A stretch of 32,000 nt of DNA from Edaphobacter aggregans (GTDB taxonomy: Bacteria > Acidobacteriota > Terriglobia > Terriglobales > Acidobacteriaceae), in NCBI RefSeq assembly GCF_003945235.1, contig NZ_RSDW01000001.1, positions 5,610,001-5,642,000 on the forward strand. The letters run 5' to 3'. Shown here one piece after another: positions 16,877 to 25,077 of this stretch (position 1 is the first letter of the stretch; each line of letters begins with the position of its first letter). Below the pieces are notes generated by a model that was given only the letters and a program-made list of their open reading frames with translations, searched no databases and was not told where the DNA came from. Both the position numbers and the translations under genes were made by a program.

Positions 16877-19509
16877 AGTGGTTCCCGAGCTTTGGTTTTC
16901 AGCGGCGCAAGCGCGAATTGCAGGAAGAGATTGATGCTCACCTGCAGATGGCGATTGCAGATCGAGTGGCGCGGGGCGAGACGGCAGAGACGGCGCGACA
17001 AGCGGCGGCGCGGGAATTTGGAAATATTCCTCTAGTGCAAGATGTGACGCGCGACATGTGGGGCCAAACCTGGCTTGAACAACTAGGCCGGGATGTCCGT
17101 TACGCGTTACGGCAACTGCGCAAGAGCCCCGGCTTTACGATCACCGCGACGGCGATGCTGGCAGTAGCTCTCTGCGCCAACAGCACCGTATTCAGTTGGA
17201 TCGACGGCACAATGTTGCGTCCGATTCCTGGCGCGCGGGACACGGGCGATCTTGTTAGCCTGCAGCGGGGGGAACGGAACTTCTCTCCAACTCCGCCCTT
17301 CTCCTATCTCGACTATCGCGATCTACGCGAGCAGAACCACACCTTCGCCGGAATACTTGCCTATCATCACGATTGGATCACGCTGACCGGCGGCGCACAG
17401 CCGGAGCGTGCCTATATTGCGAACGTGTCGGCAAACTATTTCGATGTGCTCGGCATCAAGCCGGTGCTAGGGCGTTTCTTTCTGGCTGAAGAAGAGACGC
17501 GTCCGGATGCTGTTCCCAACGTGGTCCTGGGCTATTCGCTTTGGAAGACGCGTTATGCTGCAGACCCGGCAATTGTGGGCAAGTCGATCGAACTCGCACG
17601 GCATCCTGTGACGGTGATCGGTGTGGCGCCGGAGGGGGTTGTCGGAGCAATGCCCGGGATCCGTGAAGATTTGTGGGTAACGCTCGATCCCCTCGGGACG
17701 GACGTGTGGCGGATGACGCATCGCAGTGGTGGTGCGGTCTGGCTGAACGTAATAGGAAGATTGCGGCCCGGCGTGAGCCGTGGCCACGCAGCTCAGGATC
17801 TCGACACCGTGATGCACAATATTGTCGCGGCATTTCCGGACGATCATCTGGGCGAGAACCGGATCACGCTCGATCCCATGTGGCGCTCGCCATTCGGCGC
17901 CAACGGATACATGGCGGCGACGCTGCCCATTCTGCTGGCCTTCGCCGCTGTGGTGCTGTTGTTGACCTGCGCGAACGTGGCTACGCTCACACTGGTGCGG
18001 TTTGTATCCCGGCGGCGTGAGCTTGCGATCCGGCAGTCGCTCGGGGCGAATCGCATTCAACTGGTGCGGCAGATGATGCTGGAGGGCGTGGTGCTTTCCA
18101 TCGTCGCAGGAGCCGTGGCACTTGTGTTGACATCGTGGACATCTAAGACCTTCGCATGGTTCTTTCCGGCGAACTCGAATCCCCTCATACTCAACGGGAG
18201 CATGGACCATAAAGTGACAATCGGGATTGCGGTGTCGTCCCTGTTGGTCGGCATGCTGTGCGGCGCTCTTCCCGCCTGGCGTTCGTCCCACGCACCGGTC
18301 GTTGAGGTACTTAAAGCAGAGTCTGCAAGCATCTCCGGCGGCTCACGCAACCGAAAATTGCTCAGCGGGCTGGTGGTGGCGCAAATCGCGCTTTCACTTC
18401 CTCTGCTATTGTGCTCCGGGCTACTTCTGCGAACACTGCGGAATCTCGCCGGCGCGAATCCCGGATTTGAGCAGGACCACATTCTCACTGCGACCGTGGG
18501 ACTGAATATCGCCGGCTACAGCCACGACGAGGAACGAGTGATCCGTCACAAGATACTTGATCGCGTGTCGGCATTGCCCGGTGTGAAGGTTGCGTCTCTT
18601 ACGGACTGGATTCCGATGACCCTGGGCCACAAGGGCGAGGATGCGTATCCGGAAGGGTATGTGCCACACCCCCATGAAGCTTTGCAGGTGTACCATGCCG
18701 AGGTGTCCCCGCGGTATTTCGAATCCCTTCATATACCCATTTTGGAAGGACGCGAGTTTACACCGGATGACGATGAAAAGGCTCCGAGGGTACTCATCGT
18801 GGATCAGACTGCGGCGAGGCGCTACTGGCCGGGACAGGATCCCCTGGGAAAGAGACTCAGGGTGTGGGGCAGACTCTTCACGGTTGTCGGCGTTGCCAGG
18901 AATTCAACACATACTTTCGTGAATGAGTCACCGGAGGCTATGGTCTATATGAGCTTTTTCCAGGCGGGGTACGAGACTATCGTGCAGGTGAAAACCGAGG
19001 GGAATCCGGTCGACCTGGAGCCAGCGGTGGAGCACGCCATTCATGAAATCGATAGTCGACTACCGGTTTTCGATGTGCGTTCCATGCGGGAAAGTACCCA
19101 GATGGCGAGCAGTTTCGCCGTCATACAGAGCACCCTGGCGGGAATGTTCGCGCTGATCGGGCTGGTTCTTGCAGTAACGGGGATCTACGGAGTGGTGGCA
19201 TATCGTACCCAGATGCGGACCCACGAGTTCGGAATACGAATGGCTCTAGGTGCTTCCCGTGTGGACGTGCTGAGACTCGTGCTGGTGCAGGGATTGTGGC
19301 TCACGGGCATTGGGGTGGCGCTGGGATTGGCGTTTGCGTTGGGACTGACACGTGTCATCGCCCGGCTGTTGTACGGAATCGGAGCCAACGATCCCATCAC
19401 CGTAGTTTCCGTCGTCATGCTCCTGGGAGCAATGTCATTGCTAGCATGCTACCTTCCCGCACATCGAGCGATGCGCCGGAACCCCGTGACCGCAATTCGC
19501 GAATTGTAA
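16873..19509 (+). CDS. ADOP-family duplicated MacB/FtsX-like permease, module 2, intact
   Basis: 878 aa. The N-terminal signature is shared with module 1 (EIDAHLQMAIADRVARGETAETARQAAAREFGNIPLV, LRQLRKSPGFT). It has two halves, each with one TM, a ~250-aa extracytoplasmic domain and three FtsX TMs. It ends LPAHRAMRRNPVTAIREL. Confidence 0.92.
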   Translation: MKWFPSFGFQRRKRELQEEIDAHLQMAIADRVARGETAETARQAAAREFGNIPLVQDVTRDMWGQTWLEQLGRDVRYALRQLRKSPGFTITATAMLAVALCANSTVFSWIDGTMLRPIPGARDTGDLVSLQRGERNFSPTPPFSYLDYRDLREQNHTFAGILAYHHDWITLTGGAQPERAYIANVSANYFDVLGIKPVLGRFFLAEEETRPDAVPNVVLGYSLWKTRYAADPAIVGKSIELARHPVTVIGVAPEGVVGAMPGIREDLWVTLDPLGTDVWRMTHRSGGAVWLNVIGRLRPGVSRGHAAQDLDTVMHNIVAAFPDDHLGENRITLDPMWRSPFGANGYMAATLPILLAFAAVVLLLTCANVATLTLVRFVSRRRELAIRQSLGANRIQLVRQMMLEGVVLSIVAGAVALVLTSWTSKTFAWFFPANSNPLILNGSMDHKVTIGIAVSSLLVGMLCGALPAWRSSHAPVVEVLKAESASISGGSRNRKLLSGLVVAQIALSLPLLLCSGLLLRTLRNLAGANPGFEQDHILTATVGLNIAGYSHDEERVIRHKILDRVSALPGVKVASLTDWIPMTLGHKGEDAYPEGYVPHPHEALQVYHAEVSPRYFESLHIPILEGREFTPDDDEKAPRVLIVDQTAARRYWPGQDPLGKRLRVWGRLFTVVGVARNSTHTFVNESPEAMVYMSFFQAGYETIVQVKTEGNPVDLEPAVEHAIHEIDSRLPVFDVRSMRESTQMASSFAVIQSTLAGMFALIGLVLAVTGIYGVVAYRTQMRTHEFGIRMALGASRVDVLRLVLVQGLWLTGIGVALGLAFALGLTRVIARLLYGIGANDPITVVSVVMLLGAMSLLACYLPAHRAMRRNPVTAIREL

Positions 19510-19542
19510 GCTGCAGTTCAGATTCGACGCGAATAGCGTGAA

Positions 19543-19852
19543 TTAATCTAGCTCTCTACTTCCAGCGCCGTTACTTCGCGAGTCCGTAAAGGTCGAAGCT
19601 GGCAATGCCGGCCGAACAGATGTGATCTGGACCAACCCGGCGCCGAGCTGACGCGGCGTTGGGCCTGCAGGCGTAGGCACATCCGATAGCTTCGATAGAA
19701 GGTTTGGTAGGCCGCCACGCCATCTTCGACCGCGGCCTGCTCCGCCTCGCCGAGCGGAATCTCCTGGAGCAATCGCAGCAGATGTGTCCTGCCCTCTAAT
19801 AGCAGGGCGGCAGTCGAATCCTTCGGCATATAGAAATCACACTTCGTGGCCG
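19543..19852 (-). pseudogene. tyrosine recombinase C-terminal tail (RIT-element type), truncated and frameshifted
   Basis: KCDFYMPKDSTAALLLEGRTHLLRLLQEIPLGEAEQAAVEDGVAA. After a 1-nt loss near 19710 it continues LPNLLSKLSDVPTPAGPTPRQLG... to TAA 19545..19543. This matches my recollection of the CDFYxPKDS...IPLTxxExAAVxDG...DVPTPAGPTPR tail of recombinase-in-trio integrases. No catalytic domain is present. Confidence 0.55.
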
Positions 19853-20361
19853 CTGCTGGTCGGGCTGGAGCTTCGTCAGCAATAGGGCATGTCCGACGCC
19901 GATCTCCTCGGCATAGAAGGCATCGACTATAGGCACAGACAGTTCGGTAAGTTTGATGCGGGTCGTGACATAGGCCGGACTCTTGCCTGTCTTTGCGGGG
20001 ATCTGTTCGACGCTGTATCTCGGCTCGTCCAGATTGAGAAGAGCGCGAAAGCCCTGCGCTTCTTCGAGAGGATGTACGTCCCTCCGTTGCAGATTTTCGA
20101 TCAACTGCGCTTCGAGTGCCTCGGCGTCGGAGAGATTGACGCTGCGAACGGGAACGGTCGGAACCTCGGCGATTTGCGCGGCGCGAAACCGTCTCGCCCC
20201 GGCGACGATCTCGAAACTCTTCTCGCTGAGAGGCCGCACGAGAAGCGGAGAGAGGACGCCCTGACTGCGGATGCTGTCGGCCTTTTGTGGCGCTGATCTT
20301 TTTGTTGCCGATGCGTGATGACCCGTATGACAACAGGCGATCTGTGATTTCTAGGCCGCAT
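19853..20361 (-). pseudogene. ParB/Srx-like N-terminal domain protein, 3'-truncated
   Basis: ADSIRSQGVLSPLLVRPLSEKSFEIVAGARRFRAAQ...LIENLQRRDVHPLEEAQGFRALL...IGVGHALLLTKLQPDQQ. Homology ends at about 19853, where the recombinase tail begins. The N-terminus (MRPRNHRSPVVIRVITHRQQK from ATG 20361) is in another frame, so an indel in the T5 run 20299..20303 is possible. Confidence 0.65.
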
Positions 20362-20467
20362 AACGGGAAGGGCTAGCCCACTTCCGGGCACAATTGTTTG
20401 TTCGTATATCGATGTTCACATGAGACGAGTTGCTGGATCAGACCGCCGATGAGACTACCGAGGCGCA

Positions 20468-20913
20468 TCATCGTCCGAATGCCCACGCCACCATCAGCGG
20501 GAACTCTTCTCGCCAGAATGCGCCACCATGCGACCCAGCTCGCTCATTCATGACAACATCCGCACCTGCATGGCGCAGCGCGCCAGTCCACGTCCTCGCG
20601 TTCTCGAGGAAGAACGGCTCCTGAATGCCCCAGCGACAAGGTAGGTGCGCGGAAGCGGACTCGGCATAACGCCAGGCGGCTTGTAACCGCCGCCAGGCGA
20701 AGCGCAGAAGACTGCACCGTAGACACGTGGATGCCGAAGCCCAAGATCGAGGGCCAGCTCTCCACCCGCCGAGACGCCAAACACTGCGGTACGTTCAGTG
20801 GGCAACGCCACGCCCAACCGCGACTCCGTCCAGCGGCAGACGTCCTCGACGAAGAACTTCTCGTGTTGATGTCCGGAATCTCGGTTAGCCTCCTGTTTGC
20901 GATCGTTACCGGG
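20468..20913 (-). pseudogene. esterase/alpha-beta hydrolase (enterochelin-esterase-like), 5'-truncated and frameshifted
   Basis: HEKFFVEDVCRWTESRLGVALPTERTAVFGVSAGGELAL (GxSxG)...YGAVFCASPGGG...TYLVAG. After a 1-nt loss in 20621..20631 it continues QEPFFLENARTWTGALRHAGADVVMNERAGSHGGAFWREEFPLMVAWAFGR to TGA 20470..20468. An upstream TAA at 20916..20914 removes the N-terminus. Confidence 0.65.
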
Positions 20914-20995
20914 TTAACCAGCCGTAATGCGCGATTATCGCGGAAGGACTACCGAACAAGCGCCATCGCTGCTATCCGAGTTGGAGGCACACCTC

Positions 20996-21241
20996 GTGAA
21001 GAAAGACGCCAAAGAGAAGGTTAACTCACAACGCAGAGATGACCCCGGAATCTCAGCCGAACGCTTTACATGTGGAGTTACTGGTGACGACGTTTGCACA
21101 ATCGTGGGAATCTGCGTTGCCCTCTTGATCGTGTCAGCGGGCCTGGCTGCTGCATACATCTTCTGCGTTAGGCTGCTCATTCTGCTGGTGACCGTGAGCG
21201 CGTTCCTATTGCTTCATTTCAGCCCACTCACGGCTCGATAG
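20996..21241 (+). CDS. small two-TM hypothetical protein (81 aa)
   Basis: GGAGG lies 8 nt before GTG 20996 (inside track ORF 20927..21241). The C-terminal half is hydrophobic: VCTIVGICVALLIVSAGLAAAYIFCV and LLILLVTVSAFLLLHF. No family recognised. Confidence 0.35.
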   Translation: MKKDAKEKVNSQRRDDPGISAERFTCGVTGDDVCTIVGICVALLIVSAGLAAAYIFCVRLLILLVTVSAFLLLHFSPLTAR

Positions 21242-21260
21242 GTTGATTTAAGGAGAAACA

Positions 21261-21530
21261 TTGGGAAACGAGGACGTGGAACAGATTTGGTATGCCCTCT
21301 GGCTTATCAAAGCAATAGTCGCAATAGTCTCGGTATGCTTCTTCGGGGCCGTTGCTCTAATCTGCAAACGGCTCTTGCGCCGTATTCCTTGGGATCGTGT
21401 TAAGCGGCGTTCGGTCAAACACACAATGGTGCACTCGATCGGCACACTACAGCCTCCTCGGAACTTCGAGGCATCGGAGTCCAAAGCTGTCGATCTCCGC
21501 GGCGGCAAAAGGAAGAGGAGAAATGGATGA
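21261..21530 (+). CDS. small single-TM hypothetical protein (89 aa)
   Basis: AAGGAG lies 6 nt before TTG 21261. TM: IWYALWLIKAIVAIVSVCFFGAVALIC, followed by a basic tail. A hand count of 21241..21300 gives 45% GC. No family recognised. Confidence 0.4.
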   Translation: MGNEDVEQIWYALWLIKAIVAIVSVCFFGAVALICKRLLRRIPWDRVKRRSVKHTMVHSIGTLQPPRNFEASESKAVDLRGGKRKRRNG

Positions 21531-21562
21531 ACCATACGATAGGCTCATTTGTCCGTTGGTCG

Positions 21563-21587
21563 ACGCCGGCCTTTTCAGGGCCGGCGT
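21563..21587. repeat. GC-rich 9-bp-stem hairpin between the small ORF and the IS110 element
   Basis: ACGCCGGCC-ttttcag-GGCCGGCGT. There is no U-tract. It could be a terminator or the palindromic target/edge of the IS. Confidence 0.3.
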
Positions 21588-21599
21588 AATCACAACCAA

Positions 21600-22990
21600 G
21601 GCGTGCCCTACCTGACTTGACAGGGTGGTTATCGCTCCGTCACTCACCGAGGAACGGTCGGTACCGATATGTCGGCCAATGTTTACAAATCCCGCCCACT
21701 TGGAAGTAAAACCGGCTATCCAGAAATCTGGTTAGATCCGGATAAGTCCTGATAAATGGGATGAGCAGGTCACTCCGGAGGGAGCAGACTGTATCCCATG
21801 AAGAAGCCGACGCAGCACCTCATCGCGGAAGTTCCACGCAGGCAAGCCAGGACCGAGCTCACGATTGGTATCGACCTTGGCGATGTCTGGAGCCATTACT
21901 GCACTCTCAACCAGGACGGCGAAGTCATTGACCGAGGCCGCTTCCGAACCACAGCCAAGGCGATCGAGAAGTGGTTCAAGGATCTGCCTCCAACACGCGT
22001 AGCGATGGAGGCCGGCGTCCATTCGATCTGGATCAGCGAGCAACTGCAGGAACTCGGTCACGAAGTGATCGTAGCGAATGTGCGCGAGCTCCGGGCCATT
22101 TCTCACAGTGATCGCAAGAGCGACCAGGTCGATGCAGAGAAGCTGGCCCGGTACGCGCGTCTCGATCCAGAGATTCTTCGGCCGATCTCTCATCGCACTG
22201 TCGAACAGCAAGAGGCTCTCACCCTGATCCGTGCGCGAGAGCTTCTCGTTCGACTTCGCACCGCAGCTGTGAACGCCGTGCGCGGACTGACGAAGGCCTG
22301 CGGCTATCGTATGCCGGCCTCATCCACGAAGTGTTTTGCTCAGCGCGGCCAGGCCGCGATGCCGCCAGGACTCCAGCTGGCACTCGGTCCGGTGCTCGAA
22401 CAGATCGCGGCGATGACGCTGAAGATCAAGCAGTACGACCGGGAGATCCAACGGATGACTCAGACTGAGTATGCTGAGACACAGCCTCTGCTGACCATCC
22501 ACGGCATCGGTCATATCACTGCTCTCACGTTCGTCCTGACGCTAGGCGACAAGCAACGCTTCGGACGTAGTCGAGACGTGGGCTGCTATCTGGGCCTGCG
22601 GCCCAGACGAAGTCAGTCAGGCGAACGCGATCCGCAACTCGGCATCACCAAGGCAGGCAACGCTTATCTTCGAAGCCTGCTGATTGAGTGCGCCAACCAC
22701 ATCCTTCGACCTCATGGAAGAGACTCTGCACTGCGACAATGGGGCCTGCATCTGGCCGCCCGAGGCGGCAAGCAGGCTAAGAATAAGGCGGTGGTGGCTG
22801 TAGCACGGAAGCTGGCTGTCTTGCTCCATCGCCTCTGGATCACTCAAGAGTTCTACATCCCGTTCCACGCGGAAGCAGCCTGAGAGATCATCATGTTTAC
22901 TTGTTGCGTCGACACCGTGTTCCGATGACTGCGTGCGCGTTTTGGCCATCGAGGCCGACCGATAAATAGCAGCATCGACTCTCCTCTCGA
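21600..22990 (+). mobile_element. IS110-family insertion sequence (ends approximate, not determinable here)
   Basis: It carries an intact transposase with non-coding flanks. IS110 elements lack terminal inverted repeats and there is no second copy in the window to define the ends. The coordinates are a size-based guess (typical 1.2-1.5 kb). Confidence 0.35.
21798..22883 (+). CDS. IS110-family transposase (DEDD RuvC-like N-domain + Tnp C-domain), intact
   Basis: 361 aa. Motifs: IGIDLGDVWSHYCTL, VAMEAGVHS, SDRKSDQVDAEKLA, LTIHGIGHITALTFVLTLGD, GLRPRRSQSGERDPQLGITKAGNAYLRSLLIECA. Confidence 0.93.
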   Translation: MKKPTQHLIAEVPRRQARTELTIGIDLGDVWSHYCTLNQDGEVIDRGRFRTTAKAIEKWFKDLPPTRVAMEAGVHSIWISEQLQELGHEVIVANVRELRAISHSDRKSDQVDAEKLARYARLDPEILRPISHRTVEQQEALTLIRARELLVRLRTAAVNAVRGLTKACGYRMPASSTKCFAQRGQAAMPPGLQLALGPVLEQIAAMTLKIKQYDREIQRMTQTEYAETQPLLTIHGIGHITALTFVLTLGDKQRFGRSRDVGCYLGLRPRRSQSGERDPQLGITKAGNAYLRSLLIECANHILRPHGRDSALRQWGLHLAARGGKQAKNKAVVAVARKLAVLLHRLWITQEFYIPFHAEAA

Positions 22991-23243
22991 ACCCCAACAG
23001 GCACCGAGCTCAGATCACGATCAGCTCACCAGAGTGCGAATACAAACCCGGTGGAGAGCAACAGCAACGCAATAACAGCAAAAGCAAAGACCCTGATAAG
23101 GAAAAAAGCCTTGACATCAGTGACCTGCTCATACAAAACGCGCATCTCGGTAGTAATGACTGTTCACGCTGAGCTGGACTCATTCGCGAGGGATTCGATA
23201 CCTGCTTCAAGGCCTGGTCCATAGAATCGAAAGGACAGAGTGA

Positions 23244-23272
23244 GCTTCGGCAGGGAACCGCCATGCCGAAGC
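23244..23272 (-). terminator. hairpin just downstream of the integrase remnant
   Basis: GCTTCGGCA-N11-TGCCGAAGC (perfect 9-bp arms), 6 nt beyond the repaired integrase stop. There is no clear U-tract. Confidence 0.25.
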
Positions 23273-23277
23273 AGGAG

Positions 23278-23934
23278 CTAAATTGGTGGTCGCGAAAGAT
23301 TCGGCTTTCTCCTGCTCTCTTCGGCACTCCGTAAGACGATCGACCCGGCGAGTTTATGAGCAGGGCCAAGTGCGCGTACCGAGTAGTCATCTTGATGTCT
23401 TTGTGTCCCGCAAGCTCCTAGACGGTTCTCAGGTCCACTCCGGCCATTACGAGGCGAGAGATGTAGGTGTGTCGAAAGATATGCCAAGTCACGTCGTGAA
23501 GCAATGGTTGCTTCTTTACGGCTTCGAGCATCACCAATTCAAACCACGCATTCGGAGAGACCATAGGCTCGCCATAACGGGTGAGGCACACCTTAGGCGA
23601 TTCCGATCTTCTGCGCTTTCTCAATTCTTCAAAGGGCGCTAACCGCAGCTGCGGTCAGAATCACCACACGCGCGGTCCCATTCTTAGTTTTCAGAAGGAT
23701 TAGCTGTCTGCGCTCCAGATCGACTCGATCCCATTCAAGTGAATACAGCTCGCCGCGCCGCATTCCTGTTTCGAGGACCAAAGTAAGCTCAGGTTCATGC
23801 GTCGGACACCTCTGGCGGATGATCCCTCGGATGACGGCCTCTTCGGCGTAGGTAATAAAGCGAACCCTGCCGTTGTCCTCGCGGTGGAGACGTACTTCGG
23901 CAAGGCGCTGGGCCGCGAAGTGAAGGCCGTACAA
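23278..23934 (-). pseudogene. phage-type tyrosine integrase, 5'-truncated with three internal lesions
   Basis: REDNGRVRFITYAEE...LVLETGMRRGELYSLEWDRVDLERRQLILLKTKNGTARVVIL..AAAVSAL. An extra T at 23631..23633 is followed by EELRKRRR...HDVTWHIFRHTYISRLVMAGVDLRTV. TAG 23420..23418 sits where Gln is expected (RTVQELAGH). Then ELAGHKDIKMTTRYAHLA, a 1-nt loss in the G3 run 23363..23365, then PAHKLAGSIV... and a stop at 23280..23278. Confidence 0.8.
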
Positions 23935-24012
23935 CTGCCCGATGGCGGGCCCGGACTGAGAACGGCAGAGTACAACTATTGCCAGGATGGCGGTGCGTTG
24001 ACCCGAGTTGCA

Positions 24013-24447
24013 TCAATGAGGAATGTTTGTCTGGCCAATCCCATACTGTATTGCTGCTTTGAGAACGTCGACTTTTATGTTTGCTAATGTTTTGAATTTG
24101 ATGCAATACCCTGTCACGCTTGCTTTGCCGAGATCCCGCCCAAATGTCTGGGCCAGATACTTCTTGTCCTCTACTCCCATAATGTAGACGGAAATGCCTG
24201 TTGTATTAGCACTGACACCGATTTGATAGAACTCCCTGGTTTTTCCATTGGCATATTCACTAGTTTGGGATCCATATCCAATGTTTGGGTTGGAAACGAT
24301 TTTTCCTTTCTCGTCTTTCCCATCTAAGAACCACAACTTACAATCTGGCATCAACGCCAAAATCATGCCGTGTAGCTCTTGCATTTCGCTGCGTTTTGGC
24401 TCCGGTTGAGCAGTAATGTACTCCTTGATTTGTTTCTGCACCGTCAT
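24013..24447 (-). CDS. DUF1801 (YdhG-like) domain protein
   Basis: 144 aa: VQKQIKEYITAQPEPKRSEMQELHGMILALMPDCKLWF...GISVYIMG...GYCIKFKTLANIKVDVLKAAI. Markedly AT-rich: a hand count of 24181..24240 gives 26/60 GC. Confidence 0.75.
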   Translation of the reverse strand: MTVQKQIKEYITAQPEPKRSEMQELHGMILALMPDCKLWFLDGKDEKGKIVSNPNIGYGSQTSEYANGKTREFYQIGVSANTTGISVYIMGVEDKKYLAQTFGRDLGKASVTGYCIKFKTLANIKVDVLKAAIQYGIGQTNIPH

Positions 24448-24628
24448 GTTGATCTCCTTGGCCTAGCGGTAATCCAGTGCTCCGGGAACACCGGATTGGA
24501 TCGGCCTAGTAAGCACTGTCAATCGATGAAAATGATAGCGGAGCATCGCCGCCGATACGAAATTCTGCCTGAAGTCTCAGGCCAAAGCGCACATTGACCC
24601 ACCGTTGGCGGCGGCGCGGATCAGTCCC

Positions 24629-24646
24629 CGAGAAACGCGTTTCTCG
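24629..24646. repeat. perfect 18-bp palindrome
   Basis: CGAGAAACGCGTTTCTCG, in the 630-bp gene-free spacer between the DUF1801 gene and phoD. Function unknown. Confidence 0.9.
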
Positions 24647-25077
24647 CCAGCTGCGGAGTCACTGACGGGAAGACGACTTATGAGGATCACCTTGAGTTGA
24701 TGAGTCCCTCAGTCATTTCGTTTGAAAATTGGACGATACAGAGACACAGGGGAATTCGGAGGACACGATACCTATTCCCGCCGCTTCGTCGAATTACTTT
24801 GCATGCCCCGAACGCTTCACAGCGGGTTCAGAGGTTTCAGCATGACTCTTCTGGCTGGATCAATCTCGATTCAACGCAGCAGCTTAAACTACTGTGAATG
24901 TGTATCCGCCCGTAGTATCCCGGTTGTGGCGCGCGATGGGAGCATTCGCCGTTCTTCATCCCCGCTATAGACCGTTCGTCACGAATAGCTTTACACGCGA
25001 TTTTTGCGACTGCTAGGGTGAGTCCAGTTTTGAACCAGTGCCCGTTATGAAACTATAGCCCTCAATGGGAGCGTGAG

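Noticed and set aside
13987-18291. Long minus-strand ORFs inside the two ADOP genes (13987..14607, 14838..15332, 17467..18291 and others)
   Set aside because: They are antisense shadows of well-supported permease genes, with Arg/His/Gln-rich junk composition.
21732-22211. 159-aa minus-strand ORF overlapping the IS110 transposase start
   Set aside because: It is antisense to a strongly supported transposase and has no motifs.
1654-23420. Stop-codon reassignment (TGA=Trp, TAG/TAA=Gln) as an explanation for the four in-frame stops
   Set aside because: The same three codons terminate all the well-supported genes in the window at the expected positions. In addition, the TAG in udgX sits at a Trp position, not a Gln position. 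No single alternative code fits.
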